DNA from: Thermoplasmata archaeon
Lineage (GTDB): Archaea; Thermoplasmatota; Thermoplasmata; Lutacidiplasmatales; UBA184
Direction of reading: 5' to 3'
Length of the DNA: 63,927 bases
NCBI GenBank assembly: GCA_022750455.1
Contig: JAKIVR010000004.1
Coordinates: 1 to 63,927 of the forward strand
Shown: positions 18,426 to 27,654 of the stretch, piece by piece
Numbering within the stretch: position 1 is the stretch's first letter
How the letters are laid out: every line of letters begins with the position of its first letter
Made by a program: the position numbers and the translations under genes
Notes under the pieces: model-generated
The model's database searches: none
What the model was told of the DNA's origin: nothing
The model's input: the letters and a program-made list of their open reading frames with translations, nothing else

Positions 18426-19640
18426 ATGGCACCGGAGTCCCGAGCATCGCCCCGCGTCGCGATCGTGGGGGCCGCGCGAACCCCGATCGGGAAGTTCGGG
18501 CGCAAGCTCCGGCTGACCCCCGCCGTCACCTTGGGCGTGGTCGCCTCGCGCGCGGCCCTCGAGCGCGCCGCGCTCCTCCCCAGCGACATCCCCGAAGTCA
18601 TCGCCGGCCATGCGATCCAGGCGGGAACGGGCCAGAATCCGGCCCGGCAGGTGCTCCGGGCCCTCGGGATCCCTCTCACGGCCGGCGCGACGACGATCAA
18701 CATGGTCTGCGGGTCGAGCCTGAAGGCACTCCACCTCGGCACCAGCGAGCTCCGCGGCGGCGAGTTCGACCTGGCCCTCATCACGGGCATGGAGAGCATG
18801 GACTCCGCTCCGTACCTCGTCCCCGCCGAGGCCCGCTGGGGTGGTTTCAAACACGGGGACCAAACCCTGCAGGACTCGATGAACCGGGACGCTCTGACGG
18901 ACGCGTACGGCGAACACGAGAACATGGGCCAGACGGGGGAGCGCATCGCCCGGAAGCTTCACCTGACACGGGAGGAGCTCGACACGTTCGCGATCCGAAG
19001 CCACCAGCGGGCCGCGCGAGCGACCGCCGCAGGGATCTGGGCCCAGGAGATCGCCCCCGTCGCGCCGGAGCTGACCGCCACCGGCGAAGGACTCTCCGTC
19101 GATGAGGGCCCCCGCGGAGATTCCACTCTGGAAGGTCTCGCCCGACTCCCCTCCGCCTTCGGCGAAGGAGGGCTCCTCACCGCGGGCAACTCCTCACAGC
19201 TCTCCGATGGGGGCGCCGCGGTCGTGCTCGCGACCGAAGCGGCGGTGGACCGCCGCGGTCTCCGACCGCTGGCGTGGGTGCACTCCGCGGGGGTCGGAGG
19301 CGTCGACCCGGCCGATGTGATGGAGGCCCCGATCCCCACCGTGGAGGCCCACCTTCGGCGGGTCGGTCTACGCGCGGAGGAGATCGACCGGATCGAGCAC
19401 AACGAGGCGTACAGCTCCGCGTCGATCGCCGTGCAACGACACTTCCACTTCCCCGACGATCGGTTCAATGTGAACGGCGGAGCGATCGCCCTCGGTCACC
19501 CCATCGGGGCGACCGGGATCCGGATCGTCGTCACCCTGCTCCACGAGATGCAGCGCTCGCATTCGAACTTGGGACTGGCGACCCTGTGCATGGGCGGCGG
19601 GAACGGGCTCAGCGTGGTGCTGGATCGGCGGGGGCTGTAG
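18426..19640 (+). CDS. Acetyl-CoA acetyltransferase (thiolase)
   Basis: INMVCGSSL (Cys), GNSSQLSDG, EHNEAY, GGAIALGHPIGATG, LCMGGG. Confidence 0.95.
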   Translation: MAPESRASPRVAIVGAARTPIGKFGRKLRLTPAVTLGVVASRAALERAALLPSDIPEVIAGHAIQAGTGQNPARQVLRALGIPLTAGATTINMVCGSSLKALHLGTSELRGGEFDLALITGMESMDSAPYLVPAEARWGGFKHGDQTLQDSMNRDALTDAYGEHENMGQTGERIARKLHLTREELDTFAIRSHQRAARATAAGIWAQEIAPVAPELTATGEGLSVDEGPRGDSTLEGLARLPSAFGEGGLLTAGNSSQLSDGGAAVVLATEAAVDRRGLRPLAWVHSAGVGGVDPADVMEAPIPTVEAHLRRVGLRAEEIDRIEHNEAYSSASIAVQRHFHFPDDRFNVNGGAIALGHPIGATGIRIVVTLLHEMQRSHSNLGLATLCMGGGNGLSVVLDRRGL

Positions 19641-20874
19641 GCGTCCCGGTCGGCTCGGTCAAGACCGAGATTCCTAGCAGCTGTTCCAACCGGAGGTACG
19701 CCTTCCGCGCCCGCGGCGCGGTCCCCTTCGGCAGCTGGGCGCGGTCGGCCTCTCCGAGACGGTCGGACCATTCGCGGAGAACGTCGAGCCCCCGGTGCAC
19801 CTGGAAGCCGTCCTCGATCGCTTCCCGGACGTGCTCGGGGACCGCTTCGAGCTCCTCGATCGGCAGCGAGCCGCCGGCCCCGACAGGGATCGACGCCCGG
19901 GCCAAGGTCTGCAGGCGACCGACCTCCTCCTGGGCTCGCGCGAGCTCACGATCGCTCCACTCGAGCCGGGCGTTGTACGGAGGGGTGAGGAGGTACCACC
20001 GCAACGCGTCCGCCCCGGCCGAGTCGAGGGCCTCCCGCAGAGGGACGAGATTGCCTCTCGATTTCGACATCTTGCGGTGGAGCTGGGTCACGAACCCCGT
20101 GTGCAGGAACCTCCGCGCAAATAGCGTCCCATTGAGCGCGAGGGCGATCTCGTTCTCCGCGTAGTGATGCGGGAAGATCAGGTCGTTCCCGCCCCCGTGA
20201 AGGTCGACCGGTACGCCGAGGTACTTCTGGGCCATCGCGTAGCACTCCAGGTGCCACCCCGGGGCTCCGGGACCCCAGGGGCTCGACCAGACGGCGAGGG
20301 GCGCCTCCTGACGGTGCCACACCACGATCTCGCGCGCATCCGTCGCCGCGGTGGGGATGTCGATCCCGGGCTCCGGCACGACGTGTCCGGCGAAGTCGTC
20401 GCCGATGGCGAAGTTACGTCCGGGGGCGACCGGTGGGTCGTAGACCAACGCCTCCTCGCTCCGACGGAGCGGTCCGAGCGCCTCCAGCCGCTTTCCGATC
20501 TCGATCATCTCGGGGACGAACTCGCTCGCCCGGGGGCGCTCCTGGGGAGGAAGGATCCGCAGGCGGTCCATGTCCTCGAAGAATCGGATCTCCTCGCGAC
20601 GGGCGAGCGCCTGCCACTCCATCCCGAGCTCCTTCGCCCGGATCGAGATCTTGTCCTCGTAATCGGTGATGTTCATGACGAGGTGCGTCGCGCCTCCGGC
20701 ATCGTGGATCGCGCGCCGGAGGAGGTCAAAATACAGGTACGTCCGACCGTGTCCCACGTGCGCGGAGTCGTAGACGGTCGGGCCGCAGACGTACATCGTC
20801 AGGGGTTGTCCATCGGTGCCCGGGGGTAGGGGCGCGACCTCTCCGGTGAGCGAGTCCCGAAGGCGCAGCGGCAC
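19609..20874 (-). CDS. Cysteine-tRNA ligase-like protein, divergent and C-terminally short
   Basis: YVCGPTVYDSAHVGH (HIGH), PGWHLEC, DLHGGGNDLIFPHH, KMSKS; no C-terminal anticodon-binding motif seen. Confidence 0.85.
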   Translation of the reverse strand: MPLRLRDSLTGEVAPLPPGTDGQPLTMYVCGPTVYDSAHVGHGRTYLYFDLLRRAIHDAGGATHLVMNITDYEDKISIRAKELGMEWQALARREEIRFFEDMDRLRILPPQERPRASEFVPEMIEIGKRLEALGPLRRSEEALVYDPPVAPGRNFAIGDDFAGHVVPEPGIDIPTAATDAREIVVWHRQEAPLAVWSSPWGPGAPGWHLECYAMAQKYLGVPVDLHGGGNDLIFPHHYAENEIALALNGTLFARRFLHTGFVTQLHRKMSKSRGNLVPLREALDSAGADALRWYLLTPPYNARLEWSDRELARAQEEVGRLQTLARASIPVGAGGSLPIEELEAVPEHVREAIEDGFQVHRGLDVLREWSDRLGEADRAQLPKGTAPRARKAYLRLEQLLGISVLTEPTGTPTAPADPAPR

Positions 20875-20978
20875 GAGGGATGACTCCGGGGCTCGCCCTA
20901 TTACCTTTCGTGACCGAGTAGCCTCCGCGACACCTTCATCTGGGTCCGGCCAGTGCGATTTCTGGGCGGAGTCGTCCG

Positions 20979-21215
20979 ATGGAAACGGTCTACCTTCTCA
21001 TCGAGACCGAGCTCGGCCGCCTCGAAGAGGTCGCCGGTCGCCTCAAGGCGATTCCCACGGTCACCGAGGTCGATGCCGTCACCGGCCCCTTCGACCTGAT
21101 CGTCAAGATCCAGGCCCGGCACGTGAACGAGGCGCTCGACATCGTGCTCCACAAAGTGCGCAAGGTCCCCGGGATCAAGAGCACCGAGACGTTGGTCACG
21201 ATGGGCGGGGGCTGA
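20979..21215 (+). CDS. Stand-alone Lrp/AsnC ligand-binding (RAM) domain protein
   Basis: VDAVTGPFDLIVKI...VRKVPGIKSTET, 78 aa, no HTH. Confidence 0.88.
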   Translation: METVYLLIETELGRLEEVAGRLKAIPTVTEVDAVTGPFDLIVKIQARHVNEALDIVLHKVRKVPGIKSTETLVTMGGG

Positions 21216-22155
21216 CGGGCTCGCCCGAGACGCCGGGCCGCCAGTTCGGGGGGTACTCGCCCGGCGTGGCAAAGACCCGGCGGGCATCGACGACCCAGCC
21301 GGTCTTCGGCAGCTCCTTCGAATCGAACAGGGCGACCCCGGTCGCCAGCAACGAGCCGTTCGGTCCGACCAGGATCACCGAATGCCCTCGGGAGAACGGT
21401 CTGTCCATGGAGGCGATCCCGGCGCGGGCGAGATCGGCCCCGTGCGCCACCGCGGCGGCGGCGCCGGGCTTCAGCTGGAGGATGGGGAACTCTCGCCAGA
21501 GGTCGCGGACCGGCCGGAGGAGCGCCTCGCGCTTCGCCGGGTCCTCGCCGCCCGCGACGACGGCATCGGCGAGCTGGGTCAGGGTGTACGATCCCTTCTC
21601 GTCGAACGGACCGATCGAGACCCGGCGGAGTTCCTCGAGGTGCGCCTCGACCCCGAGGGCGTCGCCCATGTCCACGGCGAGCGTCCGCACGTAAGTGCCC
21701 GAATCGACAATGACGTCGATCAACGCCCGCGGTCCCTCGACCTCGAGGATGGTCAATCGGTGGATCCTCCGACGTCGCCGGGAACGGCGGACGGCGGAGC
21801 GGACCGGCGGCGTCTGGTACACCTCGCCGGTGAAGATCGTGGCCGCGGCCAGCAGATCCTTCTTGGCGACGTTCCCGTGGAACGTCACGACCCCGACGTA
21901 GCGCTTCGGCATCTCGAGGAGCAACGGGAGCAGTTTGAGGGCGCTCCCGACGCCGACCCAGAGGATCCCCGACGCGTTCGGGTCGAGGGTGCCGCCATGG
22001 CCCGCCCGGGAGACGCCGAGCAGGTCGCGGGCCCAGGCCGTGACCTGGTGAGAGGTCGGGCCGCGCGGTTTGTCCAACAGCAGGAAGCCGTCCAGAGTGG
22101 CGCCCACGGCGGTCCCCGGACCGACGGAGATGCCCTCCTCGGCGTCGTCATCCAT
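21196..22155 (-). CDS. cbf5: RNA-guided pseudouridine synthase Cbf5
   Basis: LDKPRGPTSHQV, GHGGTLDP (catalytic Asp), YQTPPVRSAV, SGTYVRTL, LRR, PUA domain. Confidence 0.95.
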   Translation of the reverse strand: MDDDAEEGISVGPGTAVGATLDGFLLLDKPRGPTSHQVTAWARDLLGVSRAGHGGTLDPNASGILWVGVGSALKLLPLLLEMPKRYVGVVTFHGNVAKKDLLAAATIFTGEVYQTPPVRSAVRRSRRRRRIHRLTILEVEGPRALIDVIVDSGTYVRTLAVDMGDALGVEAHLEELRRVSIGPFDEKGSYTLTQLADAVVAGGEDPAKREALLRPVRDLWREFPILQLKPGAAAAVAHGADLARAGIASMDRPFSRGHSVILVGPNGSLLATGVALFDSKELPKTGWVVDARRVFATPGEYPPNWRPGVSGEPVSPRPS

Positions 22156-22699
22156 CGATGACGCCCCGGCGGAGGACTCGGACCGTGATCGCCAGCCGCT
22201 CGACGACGACCTCGGGCCCGAGTCCCGAGGAATCGATGGTGACGTCCGGCTCCTCCGCGTCGAGGTCGATGCCATAGTAGGCGAGATACCGGCGCTGCTC
22301 GCTCTCCTCCCGGGTCCGAATGTCGCGCCGGGCCTCGGCGGGCGTGACCCCGTCGCGCTGGGAGATCCGTTGGACCCGCACCTCCTCGTCGGCGATGACG
22401 GCGAGCGAGATGTGGGGCATCTTCATCACCCGGCAGAGAGCTCCCTGGATCCGGCCCTCCAAGAGGGCTCCCGCGCGTCCCTGCTCGAGCATCGCCTCGT
22501 CGACCGCCCGGTCGATCGAGTCGTCCTCCTCGGCGAGCGCGGAGAACGCGGCGAGGTCCATCCCCCTCGCCTTTGCCTCGGCCCGGAACAGCTCGCCGGC
22601 GATGGCGAGGGGCATGTTCAGGCGCTTCGCCAGCTCCCGGGCGGCCGTGCTCTTGCCGCTCCCGGGGGGTCCGCCGAGGGTGATGATCGCCGGGATCAT
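22148..22699 (-). CDS. cmk: Cytidylate kinase
   Basis: GGPPGSGKST, LLEGR, RYLAYYGID; conserved position before cbf5. Confidence 0.92.
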   Translation of the reverse strand: MIPAIITLGGPPGSGKSTAARELAKRLNMPLAIAGELFRAEAKARGMDLAAFSALAEEDDSIDRAVDEAMLEQGRAGALLEGRIQGALCRVMKMPHISLAVIADEEVRVQRISQRDGVTPAEARRDIRTREESEQRRYLAYYGIDLDAEEPDVTIDSSGLGPEVVVERLAITVRVLRRGVIDG

Positions 22700-23592
22700 G
22701 CGACCTCCTTCAGGGCGGTCGCGGGGGGCATCTTGGCCCGGTAGCTTCGGAGCGCCCAGTCCTTCAAGAGCCGGCGGAAGAGGAACGACATCGGGATGGT
22801 GAACAACGAGAAGAGCAAGAACCAGACGGGCAGGAAGGTGATCCCGTCCACGCCGCTCAGGAGCGGCACGTTCCACCCGGTGATGGCGACGCACGCCTGG
22901 GCAGGGAATCCGCCGGTGGAGTGGACCGCCGCGCTCGCCGTGTAGTACGCCGTGGGGCACGACGCCCCGGTCCCGCGCCAGGCGTTGGCGATGGTGCCGG
23001 AGCCGCCTTCGAGGAAGAGATAGACCCAGTTGTAGACCGCGAGCAGCAGGAACCACGTGGCGGCGAGCGACTTGAGCTGCGCGATCGTGACCTCGAACTG
23101 GAGGCGGGCGAGCGTCGCCTGGTGCTCCTTGAGCGCCTCGATTCGGTCCTTCTTGCCCGACTTCATGGCGGCCATCTGGGCCTTGCGGATGGCGGCGCCC
23201 CACTTGCCGACCTTCGCCGCCTTGACCCAGTCGGTCGTGAGATTGTAGGCGATGGCCGTGAGGGCCATCTCGATCGTGCCGGCGAGGAACATCGTGAGGA
23301 GCGGGTAATCCCCGTGGAATCCGATGGAGGGGGAGAGCAGGTAGTCGAAGCCGAGCGAGACCTGTGTCCTCGTCGACGGCGAGAAGAGCATGAGGACGCC
23401 GATGAGCATGAGGAAGGTGTAGACGAAGGTGCTGATCTTGAACGAGGGGCCCGACGGCCGAGGCTTGGCGTCCTCGGCGTCGATCTCCTTCTCGGTCTCC
23501 TCCTCCTCGGCCTCCTCGGGGTCGACGGGCTCGACTTTCACCGAGGACGGGAGGGGTGCCGAGGAGGGGGTCGGGTTGTCGTCCGCCGTCAT
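22696..23592 (-). CDS. DUF106 / EMC3-TMCO1 (Oxa1 superfamily) membrane protein
   Basis: Position after secY; TM, coiled-coil, TM-TM pattern; PVWFLLFSL. Confidence 0.85.
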   Translation of the reverse strand: MTADDNPTPSSAPLPSSVKVEPVDPEEAEEEETEKEIDAEDAKPRPSGPSFKISTFVYTFLMLIGVLMLFSPSTRTQVSLGFDYLLSPSIGFHGDYPLLTMFLAGTIEMALTAIAYNLTTDWVKAAKVGKWGAAIRKAQMAAMKSGKKDRIEALKEHQATLARLQFEVTIAQLKSLAATWFLLLAVYNWVYLFLEGGSGTIANAWRGTGASCPTAYYTASAAVHSTGGFPAQACVAITGWNVPLLSGVDGITFLPVWFLLFSLFTIPMSFLFRRLLKDWALRSYRAKMPPATALKEVA

Positions 23593-25358
23593 GTCTCCCC
23601 GCCGACGAACCGTCGGAGCAGGGGATTCATTTCCATCAGCTGTTCGCGTCCCATCGCCTCATAGAAGTTGATGACGATGCCGACCGTGAGCAGCACGCCC
23701 GTGCCGCTCGCGTTCCCGACGGTGCCGATCAGGTCGGCTCCGGCCGCGAGGGCGCCGACCGTGGCCCCCGAGATCACCGTGATGACCGGGATGTACCGCG
23801 CCAGAACGCGCCGGAGCACGCGGGGCTCACGGCGGAATCCGGGGATCTGCATGCCGCTCGCCTCGATCTGCCGAGCGACCGCCTCGGGCCCCATGTTCGT
23901 GGTCTGGATCCAGAACTTGGCGAACATGATGGAGCCGCCGATCAACACGCCCGCGTAGATCGCGACGTGCGCCAGCACCTCCCACCATTGATGCCCGACG
24001 AGGAACGCCCCGTACGTCTGCGGGTTGAGCAACGGCAGCAACCACGACTCCAGGCCGTTGACCGTGGACAGGTAGTAAGCCGCCCCGGTTAATGGCGTGG
24101 TTTGACTCACCCCTAACGACGTCGCCTGCGCCGCCGACGCCGGGTACGACCCAAGCCACCACTGGTGACCTAACAACGGGAAGTGGGCGAGCGTGGGGTT
24201 CGACCAGAGCAGGATGGAGAACATGGAGACGTTCGCCAGCAACGCGGCCATGAGGATCACCGGGATGTTGCTCGCGTAGATCAGGCGCAACGGGTAGCGC
24301 CCGCGCGCGCCGCGCGCTTCGGCGTGGGAGAGCGGGAGCTCGATGCGGGTTGACTCGGTCCACGCGACGAGGAAGAAGATCGCCGCAGTGCCCATCAGGG
24401 CGACGACAGGATTCGGCTGATGCAGCAGTACTTGTTCCCACCCACCGCCTGCCATCTGGCTCGCGGAATAGTTGGTGAAGAACCAGATCGTCTTCGGGAT
24501 CGTCCCCGACGGCGGGTTCGCCGCCGAGATCGCTCCGGGCGACGCCGGTAACCAGTTCAGCGTCCCTTGGACGATCTGCTGACTGACGCCCGCGGCGATG
24601 AAGAGCGAGATCCCCGAGCCGATCCCCCATTTGGAGATCACCTCGTCCATCAGGAAGACGAGGTAGCTGCCGAAGGCGATCTGGCCGACGATGATGATGT
24701 CGGCGAGGAGGGCGCCGTTCCCGGGGGAGGCGCCATCGAAGGCGGAGACCAACGAGGCGGACGGAGTCAGGTACCCGAAGACTTGGGGGATCGCCTCGAC
24801 GAAGATCATCGTGACGACGATGACCTTCTGGGCGCCCTGGTACATCCCCTTGTCCTCGTCGTCCGTGAGGTCGAGGTTGATGATCTTCGCGCCCGTGAAC
24901 AGTTGCATGATGATCGAACCTGTGACGATAGGTCCGATCCCGAGGTGCATCAGGGTCCCCTGGGCGCCGGCCAGGATCGCCCGGTAGCTAGCGAACAGAT
25001 CGATGACGGTCGCCTGGTCGACGCCGTAGATGTAGATGTTCGTGAGCAGGAAGTAGAGGAGCAGGACCCCTACCACCCAGAACATCTTGGTCCGGAAGTG
25101 GACGTGGCCCTTCGGTTGGGCGACCGCGGGCATCCGGGAGGTGACCGGCTTCAAGCCGTAGAGCTTCGATTTCGGCCCATCATATGACAAGCCGAGGAGC
25201 ATCAGACCGAGGATCGCGAAGAGGGCGAATCCGGCGATCCCGAGGGAGATGAGGGTCGGTTGGCCCCATTCCCAGTAGACGAGCAGAAGGAGGGCGCCGA
25301 AAATGGTCAGCGGGATGGCATATCGCCAATCCCGTGGCACCTCCTCGTCGTCGGCCAT
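23589..25358 (-). CDS. secY: Preprotein translocase subunit SecY with N-terminal two-TM extension
   Basis: LMHLGIGPIVTGSII, KWGIGSGISLFI, YPLRLIYASNIP, QIPGFRR, GTGVLLTVGI. Confidence 0.97.
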   Translation of the reverse strand: MADDEEVPRDWRYAIPLTIFGALLLLVYWEWGQPTLISLGIAGFALFAILGLMLLGLSYDGPKSKLYGLKPVTSRMPAVAQPKGHVHFRTKMFWVVGVLLLYFLLTNIYIYGVDQATVIDLFASYRAILAGAQGTLMHLGIGPIVTGSIIMQLFTGAKIINLDLTDDEDKGMYQGAQKVIVVTMIFVEAIPQVFGYLTPSASLVSAFDGASPGNGALLADIIIVGQIAFGSYLVFLMDEVISKWGIGSGISLFIAAGVSQQIVQGTLNWLPASPGAISAANPPSGTIPKTIWFFTNYSASQMAGGGWEQVLLHQPNPVVALMGTAAIFFLVAWTESTRIELPLSHAEARGARGRYPLRLIYASNIPVILMAALLANVSMFSILLWSNPTLAHFPLLGHQWWLGSYPASAAQATSLGVSQTTPLTGAAYYLSTVNGLESWLLPLLNPQTYGAFLVGHQWWEVLAHVAIYAGVLIGGSIMFAKFWIQTTNMGPEAVARQIEASGMQIPGFRREPRVLRRVLARYIPVITVISGATVGALAAGADLIGTVGNASGTGVLLTVGIVINFYEAMGREQLMEMNPLLRRFVGGET

Positions 25359-25384
25359 TCGCGCCGGCACCAGCCGGAAGCTGG

Positions 25385-25391
25385 TTTATAT
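25385..25391 (-). promoter_or_regulatory. Putative TATA box for secY (GATATAA on minus strand)
   Basis: AT-rich box 27 nt upstream of ATG 25358 in a GC-rich background, typical of a leaderless archaeal promoter. Confidence 0.55.
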
Positions 25392-25621
25392 CCTCTACGC
25401 ACGAGGAGCCCCCGCCCGGACTATCGGGGTCCCTTTGTAGGTACCCGATTTCCCGTCGGAGTACGTGGGACCCCTAAGCCGGAGGGTAGGGGGCGGGCCG
25501 CCCCGCGAGCTTACGACTGGGGCGATGGTCCGGACGCCGCCCCACCGGCCCGAGTCCAGGTCATCGCTCACAAATCCGCGGGGCCGACAAGTACATCCCC
25601 CCGTACGCCCAATGATGCGGT

Positions 25622-25975
25622 ATGCCACTCATTACACCACTCGACAGTACCATGTCGGATGACACGATCCTCCACGCGTACCGCGCGAACCACGCCGGCC
25701 TGCAGTCCCTGCTCAACATGGCCCGGGAGCCGCCCGTGGCCGCCAAGGATGCCAATCAGCTCGCGGCGGTCGAGTCGATCCTCGGAGGTCTCCTGGACCT
25801 GGTCGACCGGACCGGTATCCCGCCGGGACGCGCGGAGCGCATCTCCAATCTGAATCTGATGTACGAGACGTACGTCCTGACCCTCCAGCAACTGAAGGAA
25901 GTCTTGGACCTCCCTCGAGTTCCGAGGAACCGCGGCGCGGCGAAGCTCGAACTGGCCGCGCCGATGCCCCGCTGA
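25622..25975 (+). CDS. Hypothetical helical protein
   Basis: 117 aa amphipathic-helix ORF; true start may be ATG 25652. Confidence 0.6.
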   Translation: MPLITPLDSTMSDDTILHAYRANHAGLQSLLNMAREPPVAAKDANQLAAVESILGGLLDLVDRTGIPPGRAERISNLNLMYETYVLTLQQLKEVLDLPRVPRNRGAAKLELAAPMPR

Positions 25976-26061
25976 GACGGTTCCCTGGGCGAGCTGCGAT
26001 CGCCCCCCCAATCGCTGGGCGGAGTGGAGGCTCCATGTCGTCGACCACGAACGAGTCGTCG

Positions 26062-27009
26062 CTAGGCGTAGCGGCCGAACTCTCGGTCGGAGACGAGCTC
26101 CCGGACGGCTCGACGAAGCAGCTCCATCGCCGCGTGCGCGCTCACGCCCATCGCCGCGCCGACCTCGCCAAGATCGGCCCGGCGCGGGTTCTCAAAGTAC
26201 CCGAGCCGGAACGCGGTGCGGAGTGCGATCTCCTGGCGGTACGAGACCCCCTCTCGAGAGCGATCGCCACCGGCCCGGGATCCCCGAATGCCACCGAGGC
26301 TCCGATAGCTGGAGTGGAGGTTCGACACGTTCAGAGTCCCGCCGTCCCGCGGTACGATGAACCCCCAGCAGTCCGGCGCCTCCGGGGGCCCGTTGATCAG
26401 GGCCGGAGCGAACTCGCACAGTCCCCCGCGCTCGAGAATGGCCCCGAACGCTGGGGGGAACGGGATGCTCATGTACAACATCATCCGGTCGTCGCGGGTC
26501 AAGGAGACTCGGAGATGCTCCTCTGACGGTCGGGTCTCCAGGAACGAGAGGATGCCCCGCAGGTCGGGGGGGTCGAAGACGATCTCGATCCAGGCAACGA
26601 GCCGGGACGGGGGGCTCCCCGCCGGCTGGACGTGCTGAACATTGAGCGCGATGTTCCACCGATCCTTGAAATCCCGGAGCCACGGTCTCTCCCCGTTCGC
26701 CGGGATTCGGATCTGGTAGAGGCTCCCGTCCTCCCCGAGGGGAGGCGCGATTGAGGAACGGGAGGCCTGACGCGGGGGCGGAAACTTCGTCTTCGCCGGC
26801 AAGCCGACGGGGACGGCCGTCGCGCGTCGGGTTCGGATGACCCGAGTGATCCCGACCTCTGGCACGATGTAGTCCGACCAGGGAGAATGCTCCGGAGGAT
26901 GCACGACCGGAGTTCGCGGGAGCCCGAGAGGCGGCCGAATTCCAGGCGAATGTCGGAGCGCCGCACGCCGCCGACTCAGGGCGCTGGGCGTCTCGGAGTC
27001 CAGCTTCAC
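26062..27009 (-). CDS. Transcriptional regulator with C-terminal bacterio-opsin activator-type HTH (HTH_10); start uncertain, probably later
   Basis: RQEIALRTAFRLGYFENPRRADLGEVGAAMGVSAHAAMELLRRA matches the HTH_10 pattern. Confidence 0.8.
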   Translation of the reverse strand: MKLDSETPSALSRRRAALRHSPGIRPPLGLPRTPVVHPPEHSPWSDYIVPEVGITRVIRTRRATAVPVGLPAKTKFPPPRQASRSSIAPPLGEDGSLYQIRIPANGERPWLRDFKDRWNIALNVQHVQPAGSPPSRLVAWIEIVFDPPDLRGILSFLETRPSEEHLRVSLTRDDRMMLYMSIPFPPAFGAILERGGLCEFAPALINGPPEAPDCWGFIVPRDGGTLNVSNLHSSYRSLGGIRGSRAGGDRSREGVSYRQEIALRTAFRLGYFENPRRADLGEVGAAMGVSAHAAMELLRRAVRELVSDREFGRYA

Positions 27010-27159
27010 TGGCTAGGGATGCTCCGCGAAACAGTAGATAGGCTCGCCTAGCGCCCACCCCCTCGATTCGACGTTTGGCTACGTACGACCACTTACGGAT
27101 GGGTATCGAAACTGCCGGAACTGAATTCGACTGCGCGGCCCCAGCGGCCGCCGTTCCGA

Positions 27160-27633
27160 TCAGGCCGGTGTTGGCGACAGGGGCGCCCGAACGCGGGGCT
27201 GGGGCGCCGAGAAGCTGGGGGCTCCGGGAGCGGATTGCGCCTCCGAGGCGGTGGCTCGCCCACCCATCTCCCGAACGAGTGCCGGAGGGAGCGGTCGGAC
27301 GGTCACGGTAGGTCGAACCGGCGAGGGGAACGGAGGCGGCGGCGAGTTGGCCGCTCGGAATACCAACGGCAGTCCGTTCCGGACCTCGTAGAGTTGGTTG
27401 ACCGTGCGGACGAGCAGCTTCTCCGACGATCCGGGCGATTCGAGGACCGCATCGGCCAACGCGACCGACTCCGCCGTGATCCCCCGAGCCATCTCGATGG
27501 CCGTGGGGTTGGGCCGGCTCCTGGCGTCGTTCGAGAGCATTTGGTGGACCCGGGAGAGCTCCTCCCGGAGTCCTGTCAACTGATCGACGAGCCACTCCTT
27601 CGAGTGGTGTTCGGGCTCGATGATCAGCGACAT
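27160..27633 (-). CDS. Hypothetical protein (helical N-terminus, Pro-rich tail)
   Basis: 157 aa ORF 21 nt downstream of the co-oriented secreted protein gene. Confidence 0.6.
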   Translation of the reverse strand: MSLIIEPEHHSKEWLVDQLTGLREELSRVHQMLSNDARSRPNPTAIEMARGITAESVALADAVLESPGSSEKLLVRTVNQLYEVRNGLPLVFRAANSPPPPFPSPVRPTVTVRPLPPALVREMGGRATASEAQSAPGAPSFSAPQPRVRAPLSPTPA

Positions 27634-27654
27634 GCTTGGTTCTGTCCTGCCGTT

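Noticed and set aside
21196-23592. Absence of adk, rpl34e and rpl14e from the secY-cmk-cbf5 cluster, and short Cbf5 N-terminus
   Set aside because: Consistent with what I recall of Thermoplasmata gene content.
25180-25358. Two extra N-terminal TM helices on SecY
   Set aside because: As I recall, Thermoplasma SecY has the same extension, so it is a lineage marker rather than a novelty.
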